64,000 nucleotides of DNA from Octopus vulgaris (taxonomy: Eukaryota): contig OX597823.1 of the NCBI GenBank assembly GCA_951406725.2, forward strand, positions 38,688,001 to 38,752,000. Direction: 5' to 3'. Both the position numbers and the translations under genes were made by a program. The stretch's first letter is position 1. Every line of letters begins with the position of its first letter. Shown here one piece after another: positions 11,530 to 25,066 of the stretch. The notes under the pieces were generated by a model. The model was not told where the DNA came from. It did not search any database and saw nothing but the letters and a program-made list of their open reading frames with translations.

Positions 11530-14500
11530 GAGTTCATTTACCTGCTGGTTCGGTACAGCCTGTAATTCAAAATGTATTTTTTGAATGTTTACTTTTACGA
11601 AACCTCCTTATTTTAACCATTTAATGAACCAGCTTTCCCCATTGAAATATTAAAAACCTAACGTGTGAAATGAGATGTAACAAAAAAAAAAAAAAAAATA
11701 ATAAAATTGTTTAAAGTCTCATCTTTCTTGCTTTTGATGAGGCAAACTGATTGATTATATCTTCAAAATCAGTTTCGTTTGTCTCTTCATTTTCAATGCT
11801 CAGAAGGGCAAGGTCATGCATGCCATCCTGTGACACTGATGTCTGCAAATAAGATAGGATTAACTTCAACTTGCTGAACAATCTTTTGCAGCTTGCAATA
11901 GATACAGCTATTGTGAGCAATATCTGAAGGCCAATGTACAAATTTGGAAAAACATTGTTATCTCTATACTGAACAATGAATTCCAGGAGTTTTCCTGGTT
12001 TCATTATTGCAGATTTTGTTTGAGTAGAGAGCAATGCCTGGCAATCCATTATTTCCTCAAAAAGTTGTTTGCCATCAATGTTGCTTCAGTAATGAGAAGC
12101 CAATAAATCACATTTTGATTGAAGGCCAACTTTGTCAGGATGTGTTTTGATTAGCAAGAGAGTGGATATTGAGGAGGAACCCAAACTTGGCATCGATAAC
12201 ATTAAAATGGACAAAGATTGAAGACAGTGAAGAACAGCATTCATAATGGTTGTCCATCTTATTGGTTGATGCTAACTTTACATCATCATCATCATCAAGA
12301 AGTAGTCACTTTTGTCTCCCTTGATGCTTTTTGATTTCTATGTTCCACTTTTGACAAAGATCAATGCCTTCTTCTAGTGATTGGTGGATAACAATATGCC
12401 TGTCTTTTAAAACCTGCTGTTTAAGGGCTTTGAGATCATCTGCAGCATCTCAGAAATTCATTTCAGGATCTTGCAACCACTGTTGAACGTGATCGATGTG
12501 AGCAAGAATCCCGTTTCAAAATCCAATCAATACCAAAAAATTAAAAGTTAATATTCAGTTAAGAAGATTGACAGCATCACAGCACATATTGGCTGTCTCA
12601 TCATCATTATCCATCAAATGTTCATTGAGGAAGTTCGCAACAGTCTTTATGGCATCTGTTCTTGCACTCTCCCTTGTGTCTGATGGAGACCCAAAGCTGT
12701 GTTGATCGAGAAAAAAATGCAAAAAGCGAATCAATAACATTAAAAAACAAAATGACAGGTATATCATTGTTTGCTGCATTTAAGCCAACAAGACTCAGTG
12801 AATGTTTGTCACAATTCACAAATAAAATTTTACTATTCAATTCCTCAATTCTGTGTTGAACACCGATTATATTCCTGGCCATAACTGCAGCATTGTTATA
12901 GCACCGTGACTTGCAGTCAGTCAACACTCAGCCATTGTTATCTAATTCATTCAAAATTACCTTAACCAAACTGGCGGTGTCCTTTTGGCTAATTTGGGAG
13001 AAGCCTGGGAACAACTCTCAAACACGAACTGCCTTTTTTTCAAAATCATTGTTGACATATTGCATGACTTGTGACATTTGTTCTCTATGGGCTTGATCAT
13101 GAGTTGTGTTGATCATCAAAGTGAAGTAACATGCTTTTTGAATGCATCGAAACAAGAGTTTTTTTACACTGACAGCTAAGATATGGACAAATGTGTTTTG
13201 AACGGATGGTGAAAGATAAGATGTAGATCCAGGTGGCTTTCTACATGATTGAAAAATTCTCTTGTGATGGGGTTGAATGTGGCCAAAAGTTTTAACGACT
13301 CATCTTTTAACTGAAGTGACTTCTGTGTCCTTGCAATGTGAGGTTGTGTGTTGCAAGACATTTGATACAATGAAGAACTTTTGTCAAGATACTACTCCAT
13401 CTCTGTCTTTCACCTTCAATTACTTATCGTAGCTTAGCATTGATTAGTCCCTTCTTCTCAACTAAAATTCTTTTTCCATTGAGTGAAACTATCACGATGA
13501 TTTGGCAAATTCTCATGGAGAGGTATTGTTTCTGGTTTCTTCCATTGGTAAAATCCACATTCTTTTCCTAATGAGGACTGCAGATCGGACTGCAAAAAAA
13601 GTAGACATCAGATGCAAAATGCTGCCTTCTTTGAGGGTGAGTAAAGGAGCCATGAGCATAGTATTTCCTCACCGCTGCCATTTCCTACCTTTCTCCTAAA
13701 CCATGTCTTGTTCATTGCTCAGTTGTTCATTGGTAAAAAAGGGCTGTCCGAATTCTGAAAGAACTTCCAACTTTTGTGCAATACTTGCACTCTCAATGCA
13801 TCAGAAATAATTGAAGTTCAATAAAGATTGAACTTCAGAAGTCCAATCTTGTGTTTTTCAATGACTTCAAGAATTCCAGTTAGCTCATTTTCTGTCATAA
13901 ATGTGTATTTCATTACCTTCTCATTGTCATCGTCATCACCATCATCATCACAAACATCAGAACTGCCTTCTCACTTTTTTTTGTCAACTGCGACATTTGT
14001 CCGACTTTCTTTGGACTTGAGGAAACATGACTTGGGCTCATCGTCTTCCAATGAAATTGCACATGCTTCAGTTTCAGTGGCAAGATTTTCACAAGCTTCA
14101 ACTGACATCTGTGAAATTGTTGAATGACTTGATTCCTTGTTGCCAAAACAATGAATAAGGGTCTTGCTTCAAAGCTTCGTCAGTCTCCCACTTCTGCCTT
14201 TTCCTTCCTTCAGCTTCACTTTCTTTTTTCGGGAAAGCACACTTCATGTTCTTGTGGCAAACAAGTAAACATTGTAAACGTTGTACAAAGAAAAGAGTAA
14301 ACCTTAATGTAGTTGTAATTAGAAATAGAAAACGAATTACTCTGCTTTAAAGCTTATAGAAGAAATTGTATTGTAGAACCCAGTTGAACTGTTCTACTGC
14401 TTGTAGTATTGTTTTGTTGAAGTATCTCAAATATCCAAGGATAGAAATGGGACAACCACTTTTGAATAATCTTATTGGCAGTCACACGTCTGCTTGGGGT

Positions 14501-14996
14501 AGGAAGCCAAAGTCTTTATTAACAACATAACAAACCATTTAGAGTATGTACACTGGAAGTTGCAAGCTATGCAGAAATGGAAAATCAATTTACACTGTTA
14601 AGATAAAAAAAACGAACTATTTTTAGAACCACAAAGAATGATTAACAGTTAAATGAATAAATGACAGTTAAGTAAATTTAACATAGAATGTTTACCACCA
14701 CACTTAATTTTATACCTTGAGTTCTGCAGTATGAGTAGTAGGCAAGGCAAAAACATGTGGATTTCACTCAAGCCTTTTCTGAAGCCCTTTGTAAAAATGT
14801 CCAGATATGAATGTAGACAGCCATCATACTGAGTTTACCTTCAATAACAGCATAAAATGATAAGCAGCAGATCCATCTTTACAATTGCAATTTTATAAAT
14901 GAAGTTCAAGCTTATCGTATTATGGTCAATTCTGCACTCTGCTTCAATCAGCACCTGAGACATGTGCCTCCTTTGCCCCCACTAGTTATGCTACTG
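11530..14996 (-). mobile_element. hAT transposon (ZMYM1/Tip100-like transposase), decayed, near full length
   Basis: C-terminal dimerisation domain FPNLYIGLQILLTIAVSIASCKRLFSKLKLI (11711-12049). CYNNAAVM...GVQHRI...FVNCDKHSL (12622-12927). YFTLMINTTHDQAHREQMS near 13080-13130. 5-prime end cagtagcataactagtggg at 14996. Confidence 0.9.
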
Positions 14997-15190
14997 ATAT
15001 ATATATATGTACATATATATATATACACACACATACATACAGTATTTCACAGAAGTATGTACACCCTTAAAAAATTTCAGTAAAATTGCCATTACTCTGA
15101 TGATATCAAAGGTAATCAAATGAAATTTATACTGACTTGGAACACAAAACAATAAACATTTTCAAAGATATGAACGGAATATTAATTTTC

Positions 15191-15365
15191 CACGTAAAAA
15201 GCACCCACTACACTCGCGGAGTGGTTGGCGTTAGGAAGGGCATCCAGCTGTAGAAACACTGCCAGATCAGACTGGAGCCTGGGCAGTCCCTGCTCCCCAG
15301 ACCCCGGTCAAACCGTCCAACCCGTGCTAGCGCGGAAAACGGACGTTAAACGATGATGATGATGA
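15191..15365 (+). mobile_element. Young RTE 3-prime tail inserted inside the Tc1 terminal repeat
   Basis: cacgtaaaaagcacccactacactcgcggagtgg...ggacgttaaacgatgatgatgatg with CpGs intact, lying between the two Tc1 direct repeats. Confidence 0.85.
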
Positions 15366-15565
15366 AACACTACAAAATTATGTACATCCTAAAGGATTAT
15401 TTGCTTTATATTCAATAATTGGTGTGATCACCCTTGTTTTCAATGACTCCATTCAGTCTTCTGGGCATAGAGTTGACTAAATTTCCACATATAACCAATG
15501 AAATCGACCTCCATTCATCCTGAATGATGTCTTTCAAATGTGTTACATTATGGGGTCGTTTCTCC

Positions 15566-15695
15566 TCAACTTCCTTTTCAAAACACCTCACAGATATTCT
15601 ATTGGGTTTCAACTTTCCTTTTCAAAACACCCCACAGATATTCTATTGGGTTTCAACTTTCCTTTTCAAAACACCTCACATATTCTATTGGGTTT
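15566..15695. repeat. Triplication of a ~44-bp unit within the Tc1 catalytic region
   Basis: tcaact(t)tccttttcaaaacacctcacagatattctattgggtt occurs three times. Confidence 0.9.
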
Positions 15696-15937
15696 AAATC
15701 AGGTGACATGGTAGGCCAAGGCAACACCTTTACCTTTTGATCTGATAAAAACTTAGTCATCATCTTTGAAGTGTGTTTAGGGTCATTATCATGTTAGAAC
15801 ATGGAATGTCTTCCTATTTCCTTGATACTTTTCAACACTGTTTTCTGCAATATGTCACAATAAAGCCTTGAATCCATTGTTCTCTCAAGATACATGAGTC
15901 CTCCCACACCAGCTGCACTTGTGCATCCCCAAAGCAT

Positions 15938-16295
15938 AACACCTCCTACTCCATCCATGTTACCTTGCCAGAAGATTTTATACCTAGGTGCCTTGCCTGT
16001 GAAGACCCTAGCTGCAGCTCCTCCCCATCTTACCTCTTGTATGCAGCATACATCGACATGTCTCCTTTCAAGTGTCTCTACAATCTCACTAGACATACCT
16101 TTCAGTGTTCTTACATTGACAGTGCCAACTCTGAAAACTGGGAAAGGAATGTGGGGTGAGGCTTGGGGAAGAGAGATGTTATTCAGCTTCTGAAAAGAAG
16201 AGGGAGGTCGTTGTGTTCTTTTTTTCAGGCATGCTTCACCTATTCTCACTTCTGACCTGACATCATTCAAACATTCAAGCGTTTTAAGATTGTTG
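15938..16295 (-). mobile_element. RTE LINE 5-prime coding fragment (apurinic endonuclease N-terminus)
   Basis: FRVGTVNVRTLKGMSSEIVETLERRHVDVCCIQEVRWGG...YKIFWQG..DGVGGV is the APE motif I/II of RTE elements. Confidence 0.9.
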
Positions 16296-16351
16296 CTCCT
16301 ACTGGAGGTAGGAGTAGGTGTTATTGTAAGTATAAGCATTATGGTCATTGT

Positions 16352-16382
<31 letters not shown>

Positions 16383-18359
16383 CAACTGGGAGGAGAGAGA
16401 AGATTTGGGGAAAGATGGAGTGAGGGAGGGAGGGATAGAGGAAAATATTCTCCAACCATAGACCTGACCTAGATATTTGCAATGGAGTGGATTCCACAAA
16501 AGAAACCGTAAATCTGTAAGAACGTTGGACCAAATGCCTTGCAGTCTACTACTTCTGGCTTGAGTGGGAGGCTTAATCCATTGCCCAGTTTAAGACTATT
16601 ACCAGGCACATTAGGTGCCAGTAGCAGAAGCCTTTCTGCTGTTGTGAACATTTAGGCCAGGTCTGCAGTTTAGAGATTCCTTCCTTCCTCTCTGCCAAGT
16701 CTTGGAGGCCTTTCAAAGGATCGTGGATACTATCCTCTCTCTTGAATAAAAGACAAAGAAAAAAGTCCTACTTTACAATAAAATGTGATTGAGAGGTGCT
16801 TTGGCTTCTATTTCTAGCAAAGCAAGCAACTGCCTAGGCTCCACTAATGGCTGATTCAGTTTTAAATTCAATCATGTTCAACCCTTCTACAAAAAGACAA
16901 GTTAATATAAATCTCTGATTATTGCAGAAGAAGGATCCAACTCAGAACAGAATAAAACATAAATGTTTTGGTCTTACTGCTCTTTGTTTTTATTTTTAAA
17001 CATTTTTTATTTTCTTAGTTTTTTGTCAAAATTTATTCTGGAAAATGTATTATATTTCAATAAACTCAGATATTTGCTTCAATTGTTTTTGGGCAATTTG
17101 ATAGTCTAACATTAAGTACTTAGCATTATATTTGAAGTAGATGTCTTTTTTTTTTTTTTGTCTTTTGGAAGAGAAAGAGAGGGATAGAAAGGGAGAGAGG
17201 GGTAGATAGGGAAAGAGGGGAGAGAGCAAATAATAAATAGTGGGGAAAGGGTGAGAGAAGGAGAGATTAAAAAGACCGGGAGATAAAGATAGCAAAGACA
17301 AATATGAAATACTGTGATGCAGCTGTATGTTCTTGACAAACCCAACTTAACTCCTACTTAGCTTCAAACCATGTTCAGAGCAAACATTTACATGAGAAAC
17401 CAGTGAAATAGGCTTCTCAGTAGTTGCTTGACCTGTTAAAAATAGCAGGCAAATTGTTATCAAATCATATCCTAGAGTCTTAAAAGAAGGGGAAACATAC
17501 TGGATAAAATAGTCGAAGCTACAATAAGATTTAAAAGATGACAGAATGGCTGTAGCTGGAATACAATATTCAATTGGGTCACAAGGATTTTAACAGTAAC
17601 ACCAACATTTTTGAGAAGGATGCAAAAGTCACAATCACCTATATCTTTATCTCACTAATAACAAGTCATTATGTATACATGTGTGTGTGTGTGTGTGTGC
17701 GTGCGTGCCTGTGTGCATGTGCTTTCCTTTCACTGTACATAGACAGTGGTGACAGTATAAAGAATAGAAAGCCTGACCAGGTATTTTACAATATCTTGTC
17801 TGATGCTTCGCAGTTCTCAATTGAAAGGAGGTTAAGGTCATCTGTCTCTATTCCACCAATGTACAGTGTCAGTCATGTAATAGAAACCTCACTATCACCC
17901 ATCACCACCACCACCACCACAAAATTGACATTTACTTCAATCAGAAAAACCTACTCCTAACCATTATTAAGGCTGCAGATTAGCTTTTAGAGTTGTGTGG
18001 GGAGTATAGGTAGGATCACTGGAGCAGAGGACAAAATACATTGCAGTATTTGTTCCAGCTTTGTTGTTTCAAGTTCAAATCCTGCTGAAATCAATTTTGC
18101 CTTTCATCTTTAATGAGATGAGAAAATACAGTACTAGCAGTGGAGGGGCTAATATGATCAACTTTTCATCTTCCCCCAAATTTCTAGCCTTGTGCCTAAA
18201 TTAAAAACAATTTTAACAGAGAGAGTTTATCCAAACGAAGAACATGCTAGAATTTTAGCTTCAGACTTCATAGCAGTAACTAGTCATTTTGTTATAATTG
18301 GTGGTGGTGGTGGTGTGGAGTGAGAGAGAAGTTAGTTGGCAATATGGTAGAATAACAGT

Positions 18360-18578
18360 AAAGGTAGCGAGCTGGTGTTGAGTCATTACTACGCCGAGAA
18401 AAATGCTTAGTAGCATTTCTTCCAACTTTAAGTTCTGAGTTTGAATGCCAGAGAGGTCAACTTTGCCTTTCATCCTTCCAGGGTAAATAAAAAAGTACTA
18501 GTTGAACACTGGGTTCAATGTAGTTGGTTTACCCCAACCCTTAAATTTGCTGGCTTTGTGTCAAAATTTGAAAGCAAC
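18360..18578 (+). mobile_element. Nin-type SINE with ~19-bp target-site duplication
   Basis: Flanked by atggtagaataacagtaaa and atggtagaatgatagtaaa. Confidence 0.8.
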
Positions 18579-18786
18579 ATGGTAGAATGATAGTAAACTG
18601 TAGGATTTAGTTTTAACTCATTGTTTCGAATTCAAATCTTACAAGGAATAACTTTGCTTTTGAGTACCCCACCCACTGCTGTAAACAAAATGAATAGTAG
18701 TACTTTAGTGGTGTCAATTTATTTATCAGTTCTTTTCACTGCTCTTTCTCCTCCCTATAAAAGTTAGCCTTATGCATAAGAAAGAG

Positions 18787-21170
18787 ACTGGAGAACTGTA
18801 TCAGATAGAAGGTAAGCTAGGAGAGAGGTATATCTAGCCAAAGGAGAAGAAGGAAAGAAGTTTTCCTATGTTCAGCAATGTGAGGACCAAAGAACTGAGG
18901 TGTTTTGGATTGCAAGACAGTGTGTTATAGGAGAGAAATGTATCTGTATGGATGATGGTGCACTTGCATTTAATGATTCTGCAAAGAAAGAGGCTTGGAA
19001 ATGCCATTATGAAAGACTGCTGAACATGAAGAATGAATGGGAGGAGGAGAGTCTGCCAAATATTGACACAATTGAGGAACCAGCTACCCGAATCGACAGT
19101 AGATAAAGCAATTGGTAGATAAAGCAATTAAGGATATGAAAACAGGGAAAGCTCTCAGTCCATCAGGAGTCACTGCTGAGATGCTTAAAATATCTGGCAG
19201 TGTGAGTTATGCTGGAGTCACTCATATTGTAAATCAGTTGGTTCATGAAGAAGTCATATTCAATGACTGGTGTAGCAGCACAATAGTCAACTGCTACAAA
19301 AGTAAAGGGTGATGCTATAGAAATAATTACAGAGGTATCAAATTAATGGATCAGGCTATGAAAGTTATGGAGCGAGTCATAGCCCAACTAATTAGGGAGA
19401 GAGTTAGCCTAGATGAGATGCAGTTTGGTTTTGTGTCAGGGAGAAGCACCACTGATGCTATATTTCTGGTAAGAGAGCTGCAGGAGAAGTACATAACCAA
19501 AGATAAACCTCAATACTTAGCCCTTGTTGACTTAGAGAAAGCCTTTGACAGGATCCCATGATCCCTTATCTGCTGGTCAATGCAGAAACTAGGGATAGAT
19601 GAGTGGTTGGTAAGAGCTGTACAAGCTATGTACAGGAATGCTACCAGTAAGGTGAGGGTTAGCAATGAGTAGAGTGAAGAATTGAGAGTACAAGTAGGGG
19701 TTCACCAAGGATTGGTGCTCAGTCCCCTCTTGTTCATCATAGTCCTCCAGGCAATAACAGAGGAATTCAAGACAGGCTGCTCCTGGGAACGCCTCTACGC
19801 TGATGACCTTGCACTTAAAGCTGAATCTCTACCAGAACTAGAGAAGTTCCAGGTATAAAAGCAAGGTCTAGAATCAAAGGGCCTTAGAGTTAACCTGACA
19901 AAAACCAAAGTTTTAGTAAGTAGGAAGGCAGAGAAATCACAAATCCATTCAGGTAGATAGCCCTGCTCAGTCTCTAGAAAAGGCATAGGTAGAAATTCCA
20001 TAAGGTGCACCCGGTGTGAGCAATGGACACATAAAAGGTGCAGCAATATTAGAAGGATAACAGGGAAACCAACTTTTATATGAGGAAGATGCACAAGTAC
20101 AATAAATGTTGAAAATATGCAGAATAGACTCCACCAACTGCCGGGTGGGGGAGGCAAGCTATAGATAGTACTTCCATTATCTAGGTGACCAAAATAGTAG
20201 TGGAGGTGGATGCTCCAAGAGCATAGCTGTGAGAATAAGATTAGGCTGAGCAAAATTCAGAGAGCTCCTGCCTCTGCTGACAACCAAGGTTCACTCTCTC
20301 AGAGTGAAAGGCAGATTGTATGATGCCCATGCAAACAGCCATGCTACATGGTAGTGAAACATGGGCTATGACAGCTGAAGATATGCATAGGTTTGAAAGA
20401 AATAAAGCTAGTATGCTTCACTGGATGTGCAGTGTAAGTGTGCATGTTTGAGAAAAGTTAGGCATAAGAGGCATCAGATGTGGTGTACAAGATAGACGAT
20501 TGCACTGGTATGGTCCTGTGATGCATATGAATGAGGACAGCTGTGTAAAGAAGTACCAATCTCTAACTGTGGAGGGAACCTGTTGTAGAGGCAGACACAG
20601 AAAGACATGGGACAAGGTGGTGACGCATGATCTGTGAACTTTGAGCCACATAGAGGCAATAACCAGTGACAGAGAACTTTGGCGATATGCTGTGCTTGAG
20701 AAGACCTGTCAAGCCAAGTGAAATTGTAGTCATGGCCGATATTGGTGTCACGTAACTGGCACCCATGCCAGTGGCACATAAAGAGCACTGTTCAAGCATT
20801 GGGCCTCACGGAGGCAAAGTGGCTGTGTTCTTTCTGAGCATTGGGCCTCACAGAGGCAAAGTGGCTGAGTTCCTTTTGAGTGTTGGGCCTCATGGAGGCA
20901 ATAACTGAAACCTTTGGCATGATGTTGTGCTTGAGAAGAAAATCCATCAAGCCAAGCAACACTGCAGTCGAGGCAGATACTGGTATCACGCAAATGGTGT
21001 CTGCCTGTGGTATGTAAAAGTACCCATTACACTCTTAGAGTGGTTGGTGCTAAGAAGGGCATCCAACCATAGAAAATCATGCCAAATCAAACTGGAGTCT
21101 GGTGCAGCCTTCCAGCTTGCTAGCCCTGGTCAAACTGTCCAACCCATGCCAGCATGGACAATGGACATTA
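18787..21170 (+). mobile_element. RTE LINE, 5-prime truncated (RT, PHD-like cysteine segment, 3-prime UTR), multiple stops
   Basis: QFGFVSGRSTTDAIFLVRELQEK..VDLEKAFDRIP (19346-19561); GVHQG.VLSPLLF; LYADDL at ~19795; C-terminal RLHWYG.V. Confidence 0.95.
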
Positions 21171-22003
21171 AAAAGAAGAAAAAAAAAAAGAACAATATTC
21201 AAATAAGGAGAAGAAAACTTTCTCCATTACTTCATAAACAAATGTCAAAACATACAAACTTGACCTAACATAACACAAACGTATCTAGAAATAATATTGA
21301 AAGAATAAACTAAAGAATGTTTTTATTTTACTTTCACTCAATAGCTACAATGATGACATATTTTGATGTTGTGTGTGTGTGTATACGCATGGGTGCATGT
21401 GAGTTTTACAGTAGTGTTTGGTTTAAACCATCAAGCTGTGGTATGGTACCATTGTTTAAGCAACACAACTCTTCATGGGACAATTATTCTATTGTGGTTT
21501 GCTATAATCCTTTAAATCAATACTTTCTAAAATTCACTTAATTTCTGATGTGGGTGGTTAGGAGAGACAGGAAAATTAAAGTTCCTTAAAGACAAAAACC
21601 AACTAAATAGTCTAGAAGTCCAATACAGTAGGAAAGAAGAAAGAAAGCTCACAGAAGCAGGTTTTCATTAAGTTTACAAGAAAGAAGTTGGAAGTAATAA
21701 TCATCTCAAAAAAAAAACAAAAACAAATGACGAATTCCTGCACTATAAACCTTTGAAATTGTGTCAAAAAGATGATGAGTATCTTAAAGAATAGTTGCCA
21801 ACGCTAGACAGTTAGAAAGTAATTTATTTCAAGTCTGGCTTACATTTGCTGTCAACAGGAATATAAAATATAACTATGAAATGAGAAATAAACTAATAAT
21901 GGTGCCTTAAAAAACTGGTGGTATTTCCATAGATATAATAGGTATGATTAGTTTGCAATCATGCTGTTTCAGATTCCATTCCTCAGCAAAACATCAAAGC
22001 ATA

Positions 22004-22852
22004 CCAAGTGATACCAAAAAGTTGCTGGACTAGTTCTGTAGTGCACCAACTGATGGTAGTACACAGTTGCATGCACAGTGAGAGCTAGCAGTGACCTCCA
22101 TGAGGCAGTGTGCCAAGTGGCATCACTGTGTTTACTTTGCAAGTTGTGAAATTTATGTTTTTGTGATCACGTGTATGCTGTAGTCTATGATTTTGTAACA
22201 GAGAGGAAGTTGGAACAAAGAGCCAACATGAAATTTTGCATTAAACTTGGGAAGTCTGCTACAGAGACATTGAGCATGCTTAGGCAAGCTTACAATGATG
22301 AGGCAATGGGTTTTATGCAATGTTTTGAATGGCAGAGATGTATAATAGAGCCACAGCTCAACCAAGAGAATGCACAGTTCTTTTCAACATCTGCGGTATT
22401 GTGCATCAAGTATTTGTACTCCAGAGCTAGACCGTCAATCAAGAATTCTACTGCAATATTGGCAAAAGCAACGGATCTTCACAATGACAATGCCTCTTGT
22501 CACTGAACTCTCCTCACTCATGAGTTTCTCACCAAAAATAAAATGATATTGCTTCTGCACCCACCCCATTCACCAAATTTAGCACCTGTAGACTTCTATC
22601 TCTTCACCAAGATGGAAATGCAGCTCTAAGGTTGCTGTTTTAACACTGTTGTCAAGATCAAAAGTGAATCACAGGAGGTTTTTGACTTGCTTATTGAAAA
22701 CAACTTTCAGGCCAGATTCCAAAAGTGGCAGGAACACTGGGACCGGTGTATTGCTGTGCAAGGTGACTATTTCGAAAGAGATGATGTTAAAAGTTAGGTA
22801 ATTTATTCTTTATTAAACATAACTAGTCCGGGAAGTTTTTGATACCACGTTG
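22004..22852 (+). mobile_element. Internally deleted mariner element with both TIRs
   Basis: TIRs taccaagtgataccaaaaagttgctggactagtt and aactagtccgggaagtttttgataccacgttgta. Peptides EQRANMKFCIKLGKSATETLSML, LHNDNASCH and HPPHSPNLAPVDFYLF. Confidence 0.9.
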
Positions 22853-23227
22853 TATATAACCCCTGGTGAGTGGAAATGGTAGATGAAAATTGTAAGGAAG
22901 GCTATGGTATGTGCACATATAAGTGTGTGTGTGTAAGAGAGAGAGAGAGGTGGGGAGGGGAAGAACAGACAGACAGAGAAACTTCCTCCAGTACTTGTCT
23001 GACACTCACTGACTCTGGAAACAGAACTGGGAGTGTTTAAGTATGCTCATGACTACACAAGCACCTAAAACACTAAGTGGAAGCATGGTATATATTACCA
23101 AGCCATACTTGCTCACAGCTGGTTACCGACTATGGTATACGGTATATATTATGCCTGTATATATAAATATATGTGTGCGTACGTATATAACCAAGGAGAG
23201 TTTAACTAACAAAGATTTATTTTACTT

Positions 23228-23438
23228 AGCCCTTTTAATACCAATCCACCTGAGACCATCCCTGGTTTTATAATACAAACTTCTTGCTTTAAAGAAATCT
23301 AAATTAAAATTTTCCATCAAAGTTTCATGTTAATTGTATACCAAACACCAGATTATTTTATTAAAGTCTTTATCATTTTCAAAATTGAATGAAACAAATG
23401 CAGTTTATTTCAACAAAATATGGTAAGAAAAGGGTCAA
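23228..23438. mobile_element. TTAA-type (piggyBac-like) MITE; related copies at ~30025-30252 and ~59050-59272
   Basis: ttagccctttt...aaagggtcaa ends; shared body tttcatgttaatt...aaatatggtaacaaaaggg. Confidence 0.6.
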
Positions 23439-23639
23439 ACAAGGAGTTATCTATTTCATTTTGGATGTAAATGTCTTATAGTTTATCTAGAACTATGTCT
23501 TTACCCATATCTATGTTGTCAGTAAAAATATTTGATAATTATGCACGTAGACTATTATCTAGTGAAAGTCTTCTTGGTTACTACGGTGACAACACTCTAC
23601 TTATTTATTTTACACACACATACACACTTACTCACTTAC

Positions 23640-23675
<36 letters not shown>

Positions 23676-24913
23676 CCTTTCTGAACAGCAAATTTTTTTC
23701 TTGAACCAAATCTTAAATCTACATCACATATTCTCTAAATGAATTTCTCTCTCCCCTCCTTGGCAACAACAACAACAACAACAACAACAACCTGTCATTA
23801 TAGTGAAAAGCTTTTTTAAAGTCTGTGTTGCATTGTCTTTATGTTGAAAGACAGACAGAAGCACACACGCAGAAATCCACACACATTAACAACCAAAGCA
23901 ATAACTATCTATTTTTTTTTTTGAAGTCTATGTTGCATTGTTTAGATAGACTTACAGTTTAAGTTCCCACGTTTTTATTCAAAACTTTTTAGTTACTATG
24001 GTGACAACACTACTTATCTATCTATCTATCTATTTTTCAAACACATGTCTCACAGTATTCCTCTCTCAACAACAACTTTTCTCCTCCCCATCTTCCTCTC
24101 CTTCACATATATCATGTGCTGGACAGAAAGATGGAGATCAGCTTCTCTTTTATGATATAAGGTTTATCCTATATCTCAACTTCCTGTCCAGTGAAGAACT
24201 ACTTCTCTGGAACAACTCCTTTAAGACAATACTTTTGAGTTTTATGAAGTAGATGATCGACTCCACAGACTTTAGCTTTGAATATGTAATACTTGATGGG
24301 TATCAGAACATACACCTATTTACTAGACAGGAATGTTAACACAGGTATATTTCATTCTTGCAACTTGGGAAAAGCATACATTATTTAATCTGTATCCACC
24401 AGATTATAGCACTGTAGAATTTGTCTAGAATTAACTAACACTTGTACAATGTGACAGAAGGGCAGTGTAGCATGACTGAAACATTGTAATAAAGAAGTAA
24501 AATAACAAAATAGTGAATACAGAGAGCTTCTTACAAAGCAGAAAGGGAAAATTTTAAACTTTTTAATATTTCTGATAGAAAGGCCCATCCTCAGAAGTAA
24601 TGAGTCAAAAAATACAAATCATAGTGTGGACAGTGATCCCAATGTCCATGAGATGGGCTTAATCAAGATACTTGTCTCCAGTAGATATATGGTACTTAAT
24701 TATAGATAAAGTAAATGGGAGAGTGTCTATGTCAACACTCAACTGGCTAAAAATAGCATCTTGGCCAAGTGTTTTCTACTACAGCCGCCTCAGACAACCA
24801 AAGCCTTGTGAGAGGACTTGGCAGAAGGAAACAGAAAGAAGCCTGTCTCACATACACACATGCTATATATGTATTATGTATGTTTGAGTGTGCATGTGTA
24901 TACTATGTAGGTA

Positions 24914-24944
<31 letters not shown>

Positions 24945-25066
24945 GTGTGTGTGTGGGTGTGCGTTTTTATGTGTGTGAGGGTATATATGTTTATGAATCC
25001 TTCTCATGATGATGACGCAAACTAAACAAAACCTTAGTCATGAGCCTGAAGATCTAATATATATAG

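Larger units (their letters stand above)
15040..15946 (-). mobile_element. Tc1-family (DD34E) transposon, 3-prime half with IR/DR-type end
   Basis: GGVMLWGC...[12 protein letters not shown]...[12 protein letters not shown], with 34 residues between D and E. End TA-cagtatttcacagaagtatgtacaccc, with an inner direct repeat ctacaaaattatgtacatcc at ~15370-15389. Confidence 0.9.

Noticed and set aside
15566-15695. CRISPR-like array (also the RTE UTR repeats at 8155-8345 and 20797-20900)
   Set aside because: These are tandem units without unique spacers, inside eukaryotic transposons, with no cas genes.
16450-16740. RTE 5-prime UTR with an HDV-like ribozyme
   Set aside because: It is separated from the APE fragment by simple repeats, and I could not trace the nested double pseudoknot by eye.
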